Assembly: GCA_964016885.1 (NCBI GenBank)
Contig: OZ024742.1
Coordinates: 54,994,001-55,058,000 of the forward strand
Source of the DNA: Eledone cirrhosa
Taxonomy: Eukaryota
DNA: 64,000 nt
Direction: 5' to 3'
A program made the translations under genes and the position numbers. Positions 29,300-43,637 of the stretch are shown one piece after another. How positions within the stretch are numbered: position 1 is the first letter of the stretch; every line of letters starts with the position of its first letter. The notes under the pieces are model-generated. The model was given only the letters and a program-made list of their open reading frames with translations. It ran no database searches and was not told the DNA's origin.

Positions 29300-32200
29300 A
29301 ACTGGTTTTGTTCTTTGCATTGTTTTTGTTCTTCGACATTGTTTTGAATAAAATAATGATTGAAAATGCATATCATATCACATAGACTAAAATAGAAAGC
29401 TTAGTACCAATGAACCGAAGGCAGTTTGATGTGGATTTTGTCAGAAGAGTTTTTAAATCGTGTGATAATTTACTAATCGGCATCTTATTTCGTACAAATA
29501 ACAATGTTATGCATATATTTAGGCATGACTGTGTGCTCAATTAATACGTTTCCCACTTATGTGGCTAAGTATCGTCTATGAATGTAGTTATTTCATGTAA
29601 ACTGTTCTCAGAGTTTTTCTTCACTCGATATCTGAACTGGGATTTGTGAAAATATTGACTCATCTAAGTAAGGTAATCTATTGCCTATATCTTTTTGTAG
29701 CATGTTAGAAATATTGTTTAGTGAAGCTATAGGACGGTATGATCTGGTAGAGTGGTAGTTATCCGTATGTGGTTTTGGTATTACTAACGTATATATAAAT
29801 ATTCATAAATCTGGATGGTGTTTTAATTTAATTATACTATTAAAAACGTTTAGCACTATTTCATGTATTACTCTCCAAGTTTCATTGATGATTACATGGA
29901 TATACAATCGGCACCTGTGGCCGTTTCCATTTTCAACCCATCCTTAGCTGCAAGTAGTTCTTGTTCAATAATAGGAGGGAAATCTAAGTTTGTAGTTAGA
30001 ACGATCAGAATCTTTGTGATGGGTAATGGATTCTGTAAATGAAGCCTTGCCAAAAATGATTCTGCAAATAGCGATGAGAGTGGGGAAGTGTCTGAGATTA
30101 CTACACCATTGTGGTCATGTATCAATAGCTCTTGATTCAGTTTGTGGGGTTTGGGTTTGATCATTAATTTGTATATGTTCCAAAAAACATTTTTGGCATG
30201 ATTTATTAGCCTTGTAAACTTTTTCTTTAGTCCGTTATATTTTCATAATTGGAAACTTTAGAATGGCATTTCCATCTTTTTAATGACTGAGTCATTTTAC
30301 TTCTTAGTTGTTTTATTTCTTCACTCCACCATGCCTTATTGTAGTTGTTATCCTTATTGCTGTTATTTTTATTTGGATCGGAATACGTAAAAGGTACTGT
30401 CCCAGTGATTGTATCCTATATTTTGTCGATAAATAATTGTAAACTTGTTTTTAGCTCTTCAGCTGATTGGACATTGTAACATTTGTTGCGGGGTGATAGC
30501 TCTGCTCCTAAGTAATTAGTAAACTTAATCCAGTCAGTTTTATAGATTAATATTTTCTTACTTTAGGCTTTATTTGGTGTGTTTGACAATAGCTGAGATT
30601 TGTGTTAGTTATAGGAATTGCAATATTAAAAGTATTATTGGTATGGTCCAAGCCTAGATGCATATTGTGGCTTAATTTACAGTTTTCTACGGAGAGGCTG
30701 TGAGAGAAGGCAACAACTGATCTATTGTTGAGGTTCTCTTATTAAAATGTCTGTAGGTAGGGGAGTCTGGTACTGTATGCAGAATAAAGTGTTTATTCAT
30801 AATCACTAAGAATTATTCTCCTTCTCTTATACTGTTTTTCCTAATGTTTGTATTCCAGAATGGATGGTGTCCATTGAAGACCCCTGAAATTACCGTTTTG
30901 CTTTTTGGATTATATGTATCTTGGAGGCCTTCAACGTTTGTTATTGTCTTTGTGCTTTTTCGGTGGGGTTATAGATATTTATTACATAAAAGTTCTGATG
31001 TACATAAACAAAATAACTATGGAATTACACTCCATTTGTATTTAGAGATTAGTTGTGATCTAATCACCGTGAGGCACCTTGAAGCTCTATGATAGCATCT
31101 ATTGAATATAAAAAAAGAGAATTCTGTGAATTCCCTTTTGTACAGGTTCAAGTCATGTAGTAGTGGTTCTTGAAAGAGGATATGTCAAATGTTCAGCCAT
31201 AAAGGTTTAAATACAATTGCATTAATTTAGGCTGTTCGTTTAGATTGATGTGGCATATTTGAATTTGGTTCATTTTTATTATTATTGTTGACTTTTCCAG
31301 TATTTGCTTTTGAGCCAATTTTTTAGCCTTTTTTTGTTAGCTCTTTTGGTTATTAATGGGTGCATTGCTGTTCGGACATTGGTTTTGTGGAAATGTGGTG
31401 ATTGCTGTGTTGTTAGTTAAATTGTATTTGTTGTAGGGGTGAGCTCCATTGCACTTGTGGCATTTTGCCTCAGGACGGTTTCAGTAGTAGTTTTGTGTGG
31501 ATGAGCAGTGGTTGCACTTGCTATTAAAATGAAAGCTTCCATTCTACTCCCTTTAAAATCTCCATTTAGATCAGCATATCCTTGATTGAGTAAAGAATAT
31601 TTGGATTGCTTGTCCACCAGTTCAATGTTGGTGCTGCCATATTGGCTGTTAATTTTGTTTATATCTATGAGGAATCTCAGTGACTGGGATTTGTATCCTT
31701 TACTTTTTGAGGATAGGAAGTGTTCATCTATGTCGTTGCAGACATTGGGTGTGAGGATTGGAAAAGAGTTAATCCACATCCTACAACTATTTCCACAATT
31801 GTGTGCTTAAAACGTTTCTCTTCCTTTTTAGATATCGTTGCTGTTATTCTTTCTAATTTGTTTTCTACTATCATTTGCTGTATATCGTTTATTTGTACTC
31901 TGGTTATGTGTTTCTCTGTCAGACACATCTGAATAGTGGAGAACTATTTGTCTTTGATTTTGAGAGCAAGTTGTTTTGGTGGACGAGGGTTAAATTTGAA
32001 ATATATGTAGCTGTCCAGTTTATGTTCATCCTTGGATGAGATCTTCTGATTGTGTGTATTTTTCTTTACAACAGTGCTCCACATGCTTGCTGTTTGTTTG
32101 TTGTTGATGTCTATGGCTTGTTTCATTTCCGTCAGATCTTGTTTATGAGTATTTAACTGGTTGTTGCGTTTAATTAGTTCCTACAATGCTGTTCAATGTG

Positions 32201-32740
32201 ATGACCAAATTCAATGCGTTGAATTTTCTCATCACAGTCATTTGGTCGGGTTGTGTTGTTACTGTTGTTGGTTGGTGTTTATTCAGTACTTCTGCAAACA
32301 TTATTAATCCCACCCATAAGCCAGTGTGGCTTTCTTGGTCTATGTTCTGATTTGGCTTATTTCTAGTATGCATCAGGATATCCGCCATACGATGGATGGT
32401 CATATTTGGTGTATGCATTGATAATCTGTTCTCCGGGGATTTGATTTTATCTGCAGAGTTATTTGTTTTGTTTTTTTGCGGTGTGCTTTCTTCATATGTT
32501 ATGTTATGTTTATCGCATATTGAAGATTTTTATATCTTGGTTGATATTTGTTAACCTTCATAGTAAATTTGTTTGTCAATTCATAAATTGCTCTCCACAT
32601 AACACTATTTGCCAATTGCTAGTATGTGTATTCAGAGACACATTTCATAGGTTATTTTGCTATAATCACTATATAATTATTGAAAACTGTAAATGTAATA
32701 TGACCTGATTGGACTCAAGTTGTATTTTCTGATCACTTTC
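29300..32740 (-). pseudogene. Highly decayed APE-type LINE (I/Jockey-like): zinc-knuckle ORF1, endonuclease and RT start
   Basis: Minus-strand remnants KCNHC..KCHKCNGAH (~31440-31520), ISGVFNGHHPFWN (~30855-30890), PDSPTY, STID, LGLDH and ATGADCI (~29900). Many stops; boundaries approximate. Confidence 0.6.
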
Positions 32741-32924
32741 GACTATAAAGAGTTAAACTAATCACTACAACTGAATTGACCCCCCCCCCCCCCCTTCCCA
32801 TTCAAAAATGCTTCCACCGCTCCTCGTAGAAATAGAGAGGTGATGAGTTTAGTATAGTCTCAGGTCGCCCAAAATGGGGGTATAAGCGCGTGTGTGTGTG
32901 TGGCATTTACTTACATTTTATACG

Positions 32925-33160
32925 CAGGGGTGGGGGTGGTGTGAGAATCGGTAATTGTATAGTGTACGTCGTAAATATGGGATTTCTTGTAATATTCTTT
33001 TTTGTCACATGTTATGCTCTTTTAATGTAAAATAAAATTATTAGATTCTTCAGCTGCTGTATCGATTTGAATCGCTTACAATAAAATTTCGCCGCAGAGA
33101 GATTAGCAAAATTTAATAAGTGGGGGTTGGAGGTGGAATAAAAAGGGGCGGGGTGTTATT
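32925..33160. repeat. Diverged ~230-bp direct repeat, second copy at ~39145-39375 on the other side of the Tx1 element
   Basis: taattgtatagtgtacgt...taaatatgggatttcttgtaat...aatgtaaaataaaattatta...ttagcaaaatttaataagt is shared by both copies. Confidence 0.85.
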
Positions 33161-33767
33161 CAAAACCAGAGAGTAATTGATAGAGAGAGGGGGATAGGGA
33201 GAGATTGTTGTATGGTAGATATATAGAAAGGGAGAGTTTATTGGTGATTGGTATTGAGAGGGGCATTGAGAGAGCGTTTTTTTTTTTGCAATAAACATAG
33301 AAAGGGAGAGAGTTTACTGGTGATTGATTTAGAGAGAGGGGATTGATAGAGAAGATTATGTAGTAGATATAGAAGGGGGATAAGTTTGGTGTTAATTGAT
33401 ATAGAGTAGGGGATATATTAGGTAAATACAGAGAGGGAGATCGGTAGAGATAAATATAGATAGATATAGAGAAGGGGATGTCGTGGAGAATATAGAGAGG
33501 AAGAGAGTTTGGTAGTAATTGATATATATTTCTATTTATTTGCCACCAGGGCATGAAAGATTGGGACAAATACAAAGGGGGGAGTTTACATACATTTAAA
33601 AAGACGTGTAAAAAATATATAACAAATTAAATTTAACAATCGATGTCCTCAATAGGGAGAGGCGTTGACATGGGTCGCACCCACCCCCGAAAAAATGTGC
33701 AACCCTCCACTTCAGGAGCACAAAGGGCGGGTGCTTCCTTCCTCTTCTCATTCTTCTCCTCTTTCAC

Positions 33768-36700
33768 CTACAGGCTAATATAGAGAGTAGGCTCATTCAC
33801 TCGGGCTATCACACAGACGAAAACCGCCTCTCCTTCGTTTTTGAAAGGGGGAGGCGGTTTGATCGTGACAATGTTCTCGGTGGTCAACCGGATTGGTCCC
33901 ACCCGCGACAGTAGTCGTTCTACATAGCCCCACAGGTCAGCAACGCCCGAGCAGTGTACGAATGCGTGTGCGACGGTTTCCTCGTCACGCACGCATCTTG
34001 GACAGATCTTCTTCGAGAGGTCCCTACCCGGGCGCCCATGTCTGTAGAGCTTGTCCCGAACGGGTAGAGCTCCTCGGTAACATTGCCAAGCCAGGGACTT
34101 TTGGAAGTTGTCCATCGGGCCCGGGCCAAACGTCCTACCGAACAGACTGGCCAGCTCGTCTTCCTCCATGCCCAGAGCCTCTCCGAGAGCGTCGTCGCAC
34201 TTACTGCGCACCAACCCTCTATAGAATGTTGAGGTTGAGTCTCCACTGATTGCCGGATCCGCTTGCCAGAGGGCCGTGAGCGCCTGGGCACATTCAATGT
34301 GCCAGTCGCCCACTTTTCTCGATCTTTGCTTGACCCAGGATTGCAGCTCGGTGAGTGAGACGAGTCTCGGAAAGGCTCGCCTTACAAACAGGGCCCACAC
34401 CGGCTGACCGGTGAGGAATACCAGGAGGTGCCGTAGCCTTAATGCGTGTATACGCATCGTCAGCCATGGCATCACCAGCCCTCCGTTCGAAGGGTGTTGA
34501 CAGCAGATGGATCTTCTCACGAAAGGAGCCCGCTTCTTCCAAAGAAATCGGAAGAGCGCGCGCTCCATTTTGGCGAGTGTTTTCTCTGGGCAAGGCACGA
34601 CGGTCAAGCGGTAGTAGATGACGGACGCTATATAAGCGTTCGTAACTTCCGCTCGACCTTTCAGGGATAGTTTGCACTCGGCCCACTTCTGGGCGATTGC
34701 AAAGACCTTGCCCGTTACCTCGTCCCAGTTTTTCTCCACCTGAAGGTCCGGTCCGAACCAGACCCCGAGCAGCTTCACCGGTCCCTCCGTCCAGCGTCCT
34801 ACGATACCGTCGAAGGGCATCGTTTTGCCCCTCCACGTCCTGAGTTGCAAACCGACGGACTTGTCCCGGTTCAGCTTGGCTCCTGTGAACCTTTCCTATT
34901 CCTCCAGTAAGGTGCCGATCTGCCCGATTTCCGAGGCGCACGACACCATTACTGTCACGTCATCGGCGTAGGCCGACACCGCTTTCCGCAATCCCGGTTC
35001 CAAGGGGATGCCCTGCAACAGCTCCAGCTTCCGCAGTAGTGGCTCGAGAGCCAGCACATAAGGAGGGAGGAGAGAGGGCATCCCTGTCGAATGGATCACG
35101 TGATTTGGAACGGATCCGAGAGGTAGCCGTTCACCTTGACCCTCGAGCAGGTGTTGCTGCTGTGCATTGCAGCAATCCAGCCCCTGAAAACGGGTCCAAA
35201 GCCTGCCGCCGCGAGCACCGCATCCAGGTACCGATGGTCAACCCTATCGAACGCCTTAGATTGATCCAAGTTGATCAGGGCCCCGCCAAAGCCGGGTTCG
35301 TTCCCTACCCTTTCTACGATGTATCGCATGAGGTGGAGGTTGTCGTGTATGGACCTGGACGGGATTGCGCATGTCTGCGCTTCTCCCACCAGGTTCCCGA
35401 CGACAAGCGCCAACCTCTTCGCTAACACCTTGGCCAAAATCTTTAACTTTGTGTTTAGCAGAGTTATGGGCCTGAAGTTATCTATGTCATCCCCCTTGTT
35501 CTCGTCCTTCCTCACCAGCGTGACTACGCCCTTTGTCATAGAACTGGGAATTCTCCCGTTCTGTTGCCAGTTGCAGTAGACCGCCTCGAGGAGACCGGAG
35601 AGCAAGCCCGGCATCGCTACATAAAGTTCGTAAGGTAGACCATCGAGACCCGGAGATTTGCGTTTGCCGCATTGGCGCAGCGCTTCCCCTATTTCAGCGG
35701 CTGAAATCGGCCTCTCGCAGGACTTCCCCTCCCCGTGCGAGAGCCGCGCCAGACCGTTGAGGTATGGACCGAAACAGTCCTGCAAAGCGCCGTTGAAAGG
35801 CCGTGCTCATCCGCTGAGGTTCAAGGATCACGCGTCCATCCTGGTCTTTCAAAGACCGAATCGTGGACTTGTTTCCACTTTTTGCCTCTGTCACTCGGGC
35901 CCAGCTAACAGTTTTGGCTCCCTCGTTACCCAGAGCACGTATTTTACTCCTGACAACGCAGCCCTCGTGTTTCGCAACAAAGAACTGGTCTAGGGCCGTT
36001 CTTGACGCCAGCACGCCGGCCACGTTGCCACTCCTAATCGGCTCGTCTACTCTATTTGTTAATTCCCTTTCAGTTCTATTCCTATCTGATGCTAATTCCC
36101 GACTAAAACCTATCGATTCTATTCTAATTTCTCTCTTGAGAGAGCCCCACCACCTGTTGTTGACAATTGCCCCCGTCAAATGCTGCTTAACTAGTGTGCT
36201 AATCCGCTTACTGTAAGCTTTGTTTGTCGGTAAATACAAGTTTAGCTTCCAGTAACCGGGTCCCCGTCTATGAGTTCTATCAAGGTTGACCACTCCGGTC
36301 ACCAACTTGTGATCCGAATAGTCAACCATGAACATTCGTGGACAGCTTAATATGTCCCTATCCTTATTTCTAACTAGGAACCTATCTAGGTACGACCTAG
36401 ATGTTCCGCTGCGATTACTCCACGTCCACCGTGACACAGTCGGAAAATCTAGTCGATATCTATCGGCCAGATCAGATCGGCCGATTAATCGTTTGAGGCT
36501 GTTACAACCCCCTCTATCGGGACATGCCCCTACATAGTCCCAACGTGCATCCAGGATACCATTCCAGTCCCCCACTAAAAGCAAGGAGCGAGACGTTCCC
36601 AGAACATTCTCCAGGCGTCGGAAGAAGTCCGGTCGCGGTGTCCCAGATGGGGCATACGCTGCCACCAGCCTGGAAGCTCCACCTTCACGACTGCCGACGT

Positions 36701-36988
36701 CTAAAACCACCAGTCGACCCTCCGGGTCCAGGTGCACCTTCTGTGTGGCAAGACCCAGGTATTTTCGCAGCAGAAGGACAACCCCACCCCCACCCTCGGC
36801 TGACAGAGAGATGCGTAGATCTCAAAGTCGTCGAAGATGGGGGCCAGTTGGCGCTCGCTGCTGATCCTGAACACACAAATAACCATTACATCCCATCTGT
36901 TCGACCTGAGGTCATTTAAGAGTTTGCCCTGTTTCCAGGACATCCCCAAGCCGCGTGCATTCACACATCCAACTCTTATATTGGCCAT
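33768..36988 (-). pseudogene. Tx1 ORF2 (APE endonuclease, reverse transcriptase, C-terminal Cys/His), broken
   Basis: NARGL, GDWNGILD, SYLDRFL, SDHK, KSPGLDGL, FRPITLLN, LDQSKAFDRV, YADDV and CPRC..ETVAHAFVHC across ORFs 36701-36988, 35694-36737, 35096-35785, 34896-35099 and 33768-34850. Confidence 0.9.
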
Positions 36989-37030
36989 CTTGGTGCTGAA
37001 GAGTTAAAAAGGAAGAGGAAAGGAAATTAC

Positions 37031-38814
37031 TTACCTCTTCGTCTCCTGGGGACCAGGCTGCACAACTTCCATGGGGGTGTTGTAAGGGTTGTTTGGTGGG
37101 GTGAGGACATCAGTGTGTGGTGGGATTAAGGTGTTTGGTGGGGTATGGTTGTCTGGTGTGGGGGTGGGGAAACATCTCAATAGGACGCTGTTATGTGGTT
37201 TGGTGCAGTTGGTCCCCACATGCATTGGATGGTTCTTTTTCAAAGTTACATAGGTTTCCGTTGGGACCCTAATCATCATTAGGTGCGGTTTGTTCGCTGC
37301 GTAGGTGAAAGTGATCCCTTCGGTTTCCACCGAAGGGTTATTTTCTATCGCTTTCATCAACGTTTTATTGTTCTTGTTAATGTATGTATAGAATTTTTGT
37401 TGTGTTGTGTTTGTTTTTGTTTGTTGTTCTTGTGCGTGTTTGCGTTTTGTAGTACGTGTTATGTTTTGGGGAGGGTTTTTTTTTTTTATTTGTGATGTTT
37501 GTTCTGTTTGTGCTGGTGGTTGTGTGTTTGTGGCATTTTTGTTAATGTGGTGCCTTTTTTTTTCCTTTTCACCTGTTGAAAGGGTTCTCCCTCGGCGTTA
37601 CTGGGTGACGTTGATACGGAGTCCTCTTCCGTGTTGTTGGGGAGGGGTATATTTTGGGGTTTTGTTGTGGTTGCTTTTGTATTTGTTTTAGGTGGGGAGG
37701 GGTTGGATAGAACAGTGTTTTGTGTTGTTATTTTTCCGTGTTGTTGTGGTTGTTATTCTTGTTGTTGTTGTGGTGGTGGTGGTGGTGGTGGTTGTGTTGT
37801 TGTGTTCGGGGTTGGCAGAAGAGCCTTTTTTTTTACTCGTTAATTGAGGACAGGCAGCCCTCAGGTGACCTCTGCTTAAGCAGCGGTAACATGACGGCCA
37901 CCTTCCCTCCACTGAAATGTTTATATAAGTTAGCCCGTCCAGAGGCACGCATTGTGGGATATTCGCTATTCTTTCTGGGCTCATTTACACCAGAACTTCT
38001 ACGGTGGTGCTACCAAATACACCTCCGGAGGACTTTCCTATTGAAATTATCTTGTCTTCGTCAAAGTTAATGATTCCACATAGTATCCACCAAATATTTA
38101 CATTTGGTGTGATACTCATTATTTTTATTCTTTGTGTCCTTTTTCCTCTGTATGTGGGGAAAAAGGAGAAGCGGGGGAACACAATGGATGATACCGAGTA
38201 CTTTTGAGCTGTTGACTGGTTGTTCATTAGCACCGAAATGCTACCAAACAGTTTACCTTTTTGTATGAAGTCCTTCATTGCATCTTTTAGAACCAGCTCA
38301 ATTTCATTTTGTGATAATTGAGCTGGTTTTCTTGTTTCGTTCGATATTGTACTGAAAACCACAGTTTTCAGGACAGCCTCTCTACGTAATTCCTGTGGAG
38401 AATTGATGCTAAAAGCACTGTTTTCGCCAAAAGTCACGAATTGTTTTGCGTCTTGTAATAGTTGTTTAGCATTTGTTATAACTATTGGCGTGTATAGTTC
38501 GTTTTTTTTACAGTCTGTGCAAATGTTGTTTTGGTGTTGTTGTCTTTTTTGTTGCTGTCACTGTTGGTAATATTGTTCATGTTTTCCTTGGTGTTGCTAT
38601 TGTTGCAGTTGTTGGTTGTGGTGTTATTGTCATTGTTCTTGTTGTTGGTGCTGGTATTATTTACCGGGTTTGGTTTCGTGGTTTCGATATTTTTAACGTT
38701 TTTCGATGATGCGAGGGGGGAAGGCTGAAAGCTTTGTACTCCTACCTTCACTCCACCACTTTTCTTAGTGGGCGTGGCACTCACGACAGTGTGCGAGGTG
38801 GACATGGCATCCAT
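37031..38814 (-). pseudogene. Tx1 ORF1 (gag-like, CCHC knuckle), broken
   Basis: ORF pieces 38482-38952, 37985-38437, 37688-37984 (CYRCLSRGHLRAAC) and 37031-37360, directly upstream of ORF2. Confidence 0.8.
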
Positions 38815-40023
38815 TTCCCCCAAGTCTACAGTTTTGAGATGAATATTGAAAATTTCGCCCCAGAAAGGGGCGAAAATTAATTGACTCAACGTCTGACGGC
38901 CCAGGCAAGGGGTTAAACTAAACAATGTTATTAAATTGAGCAATAAACTCACAGTTTTTTTGACAATAATCCGTAAAAATCCGGAGCGAAGTAAATCACG
39001 TCTATATCAAGTGTTAATTGATATAGAGAGAGGGAAAGTTTGGTGGCTGTAGATATAGAGAAGTGGATTAAAAGTGTGCTGTGTATGATAGCCAAAGAGA
39101 GGAGGAGAGGCTGGTCGTACTCTCGCGTCCCAAATAATATGAGGGGTGGGATAAAGTGGAGGTGTGGGAAATCGCTAATTGTATAGTGTACGTTCATAAA
39201 TATGGGATTTCTTGTAATGTTCTTCTTTGTCATATATAATGTTTTTTTTTAATGTAAAATAAAATTATTACACTCTCAGGTATCTGTATCACTTACAATA
39301 AAATTTCGCTGAAGATAAATTAGCAAAATTTAATAAGTAGGGAGTGGAGTGTGATAAGAACGGGGGGGGGGGGTGTCTAAAAAGATAATAAGCGGGAGGG
39401 ATGATTATTATTCACGACTTGAGTGTACGGGAATTATTGACGGACGTAAGAATGACAACTCAATATCAAAGTAGAGTTTAAATATTCATTTATTATGGCT
39501 AATTGATGAGTTGCTCTGGCGTTTCACCTGCGTACACACATGATCATCAAACAAGACTAGTGATAGTGAGAGTGCGCGGATGAAACTCTAGAGTAACAAA
39601 GCTCACCAAAGCCCATGATATGGGTTAGAGTTATTGTATATTAATCCCTTAGGAAAGGATAAAGAACATAATTTTTTCAAAATTATATATATATATACAG
39701 AGGTGGTGGAAGGTATCCACGCGTAGTAATTATATTTTTCTCCCCAAACTAGCAAAGCACACATCTACTTGAATATATGACACAATTTATATGTATGTTC
39801 TGTTTATTGCATATCGATGTTTTCTGACCATTTTAGAGTGAAAAGATCTAAACCAGAGGGTATCAAACGTTTTGGGTTACCACCCACTTCGCGCCCACGT
39901 AATATCCTCATTGGAAATATGGGTGGGGGCATAACAGCGCACCCACCCCTATTTCCATCGAGACATGCAAACACGGAATTTGTAAATAATATATTATAAA
40001 TAAAATCGTTAATTTATATATAA

Positions 40024-40537
40024 CTAGCAGAATGACCCCGCGTTGCTCGGGATTTGCTCTAGCGTTCTTATATATTTGATATATATTTATCCTTATCGAG
40101 CCTCGTGAAATAAACACGTTTGTTTATATTTTGTTATTGTTTATGCAAAAATATCTGTACACGAATATATAATTATATATATATATATTAAAATAACAGA
40201 TTAAAGTTTAAGCAAAGAATCGCTGCTTTCACCCTTAACGGAGTCTTATGAAACTAAAAAAATCAATCTGTGAACGCAGAAGTAAATAAGGACACGACGT
40301 CGTAGCTATGTATCTATCTAAAAAGACAGACTAAGAATTATAGAGAGATCGCTAAATCGCCTAATACGGTCCCTAGGGCATGGAAAATTTGAAATTTTTT
40401 TGCTCAAAACACTCACACGATCAAAAGTATTACATGTGTAAAGTTTGAAAACAATCGGTCAGGTGGTTCTCGAGTTTTAGGGAGTCAGACAGACAGACAG
40501 ATAGACAGACATACATTCTCTGTTTTAGATATATAGA
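40024..40537 (-). mobile_element. Non-autonomous Helitron-like element
   Basis: The minus strand starts A|TCtatat, contains (GTCT)n, and ends cccgagcaacgcggg hairpin ...CTAG|T. Confidence 0.65.
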
Positions 40538-40632
40538 TAAATAATATAATATATACTATGTATAAATAAATATTATATATTTCTAAATTCAGAAATGCTT
40601 CCACCACCTTTATCTATCTATCTATCTATCTA

Positions 40633-40675
<43 letters not shown>

Positions 40676-40774
40676 TAATAATAATTAATTTGAAGACTAA
40701 AATCCAAAGAGGGCTCGATAAGGATAAATATATATCAAATATATAAGAACCGTAGAGCAAATATTTATTAAAAT

Positions 40775-40889
40775 ACAGATTAAAGTTTAAGCCAAGAATC
40801 GCTGCTTTCACCTTTAACGGGATATTCTGAGTTTCAGAAGATCCCGTTAAGGGTGAAAGCAGCGATTCTTTGCTTAAACATTAATCTGT
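40775..40889. repeat. Imperfect palindrome made of two opposed copies of a dispersed repeat with a hammerhead-like motif
   Basis: Arms 40775-40830 and 40834-40889. The same family occurs at ~40195-40250, ~40995-41065 and ~47480-47670. Confidence 0.85.
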
Positions 40890-41060
40890 GATTTTAATAT
40901 ATATATATATATATAGTAATAAATGTGAAGACTAAAATACAAAGAGGGCTCGATAAGGATTAATATATAACAAATATATAAGAACCGTAGAGCAATTTCA
41001 GAAGATCCCGTTAAGGGTGAAAGCAGCGATTTTTTGCTTAAACTTTAATCTGTTATTTTA

Positions 41061-42102
<1,042 letters not shown>

Positions 42103-42221
42103 CCAGCGTTATTCGAATTTCGGCTGTGGTCGAAAACCAAGCCAAACGCAATATCCTAGTTATGCTGGCAAGCGCTCCATGGACCAAATATATACCAGAT
42201 CAATAAACATAGGTTATAAAG

Positions 42222-42268
<47 letters not shown>

Positions 42269-42271
42269 CTT

Positions 42272-42591
<320 letters not shown>

Positions 42592-42655
42592 CATATATGT
42601 ATTGACTATATATATTTATATCTGTCTATCTATCTATCTATATATCCATCTCTCT

Positions 42656-42907
42656 ATCAGCCTGTAGGTTGAGGAAAAGGAGGAGGAGAGGAAAGGAGTA
42701 CAAACTCTTCGTACTCCTGGAGATGAGGGTTGCACATTTTTTTTCGGGGGTATGTGTTACCCATATAAACTGTCTCCCTCTATTGGGGAAAATCGACTAA
42801 CTTTTAAATTCCATCTGTGATAACATTTTACACGTTTTTATTGTATGTAAAGTTCCCCCTTTGTATTTGTCCCCTTCTTTTGTGCCCCTGTGGCTAATAA
42901 AGAAATA
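42656..42907 (+). mobile_element. 5'-truncated Tx1-family 3' end with ~21-bp TSD
   Basis: Homologous to the reverse complement of 33530-33785 (agcctgtaggt, gagggttgcacattttt, cccctttgtatttgtccc, aataaa). tatctatatatccatctctct occurs at 42635-42655 and 42908-42928. Confidence 0.85.
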
Positions 42908-42917
42908 TATCTATATA

Positions 42918-42986
<69 letters not shown>

Positions 42987-43025
42987 ATATATATATATAT
43001 GTATATATGTATATATATACATGTA

Positions 43026-43107
<82 letters not shown>

Positions 43108-43637
43108 GATGTATATATATATACGTCTGGAAATACGCAAAGCTATAGATCAGTGTTACCACACCAGAGTCAAATATGATAAACAGCGCCTTATACGGAA
43201 ATACGAATGGACTGTAAACAAATACTACAATGACAACATCCGCTCCCACAGACGGACCGACTACAACCACACCAGGGGCAACAGCTATAAAACACCCTCC
43301 GCTACACCCCCCCCAACATCGAACTACCTACCAAAGATGCTTCACACCTCGTTACCGACCTAACCGGTACCCTCACCAACGACGAACTCGAACTCCTGCG
43401 CCTCGGACCCAAGTTCATCATTACACAGCGTCTCGATGATAGACTGAAACTCGACATCGAAACCAACTTCTGTCGGACAGCATATCAACTGAAATGGCTA
43501 ACCGCCATCCATAACAATACCGAGATCGATTACAACCCCACAACCCACCACACACTCCCCACGTATCACCTCGACAACCCACTCCACCCCCCCCCCCCCC
43601 ACCCACCAACCAGGAACTTGACACTAAACTACTCAGG

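Larger units (their letters stand above)
33527..39014 (-). mobile_element. Near full-length Tx1/L1-clade LINE, multiply frameshifted
   Basis: ORF1 plus ORF2 pieces. Poly(A) signal near 33535. Candidate TSD taattgatata at 33516-33526 and 39015-39025 (ambiguous, because the target is a degenerate minisatellite). Confidence 0.9.

Noticed and set aside
33893-36919. Overlapping plus-strand and alternate-frame ORFs in the Tx1 element
   Set aside because: Shadow ORFs of a GC-rich LINE ORF2.
39511-39555. Degenerate minus-strand HHR (UUGAUGA...GAAACGCCA)
   Set aside because: No NUH cleavage triplet and weak stem I; at best a relic.
42103-42150. HHR half (stem II, GAAA, palindromic AUUCGAAU) on the minus strand
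   Set aside because: The CUGANGA-type core is absent.
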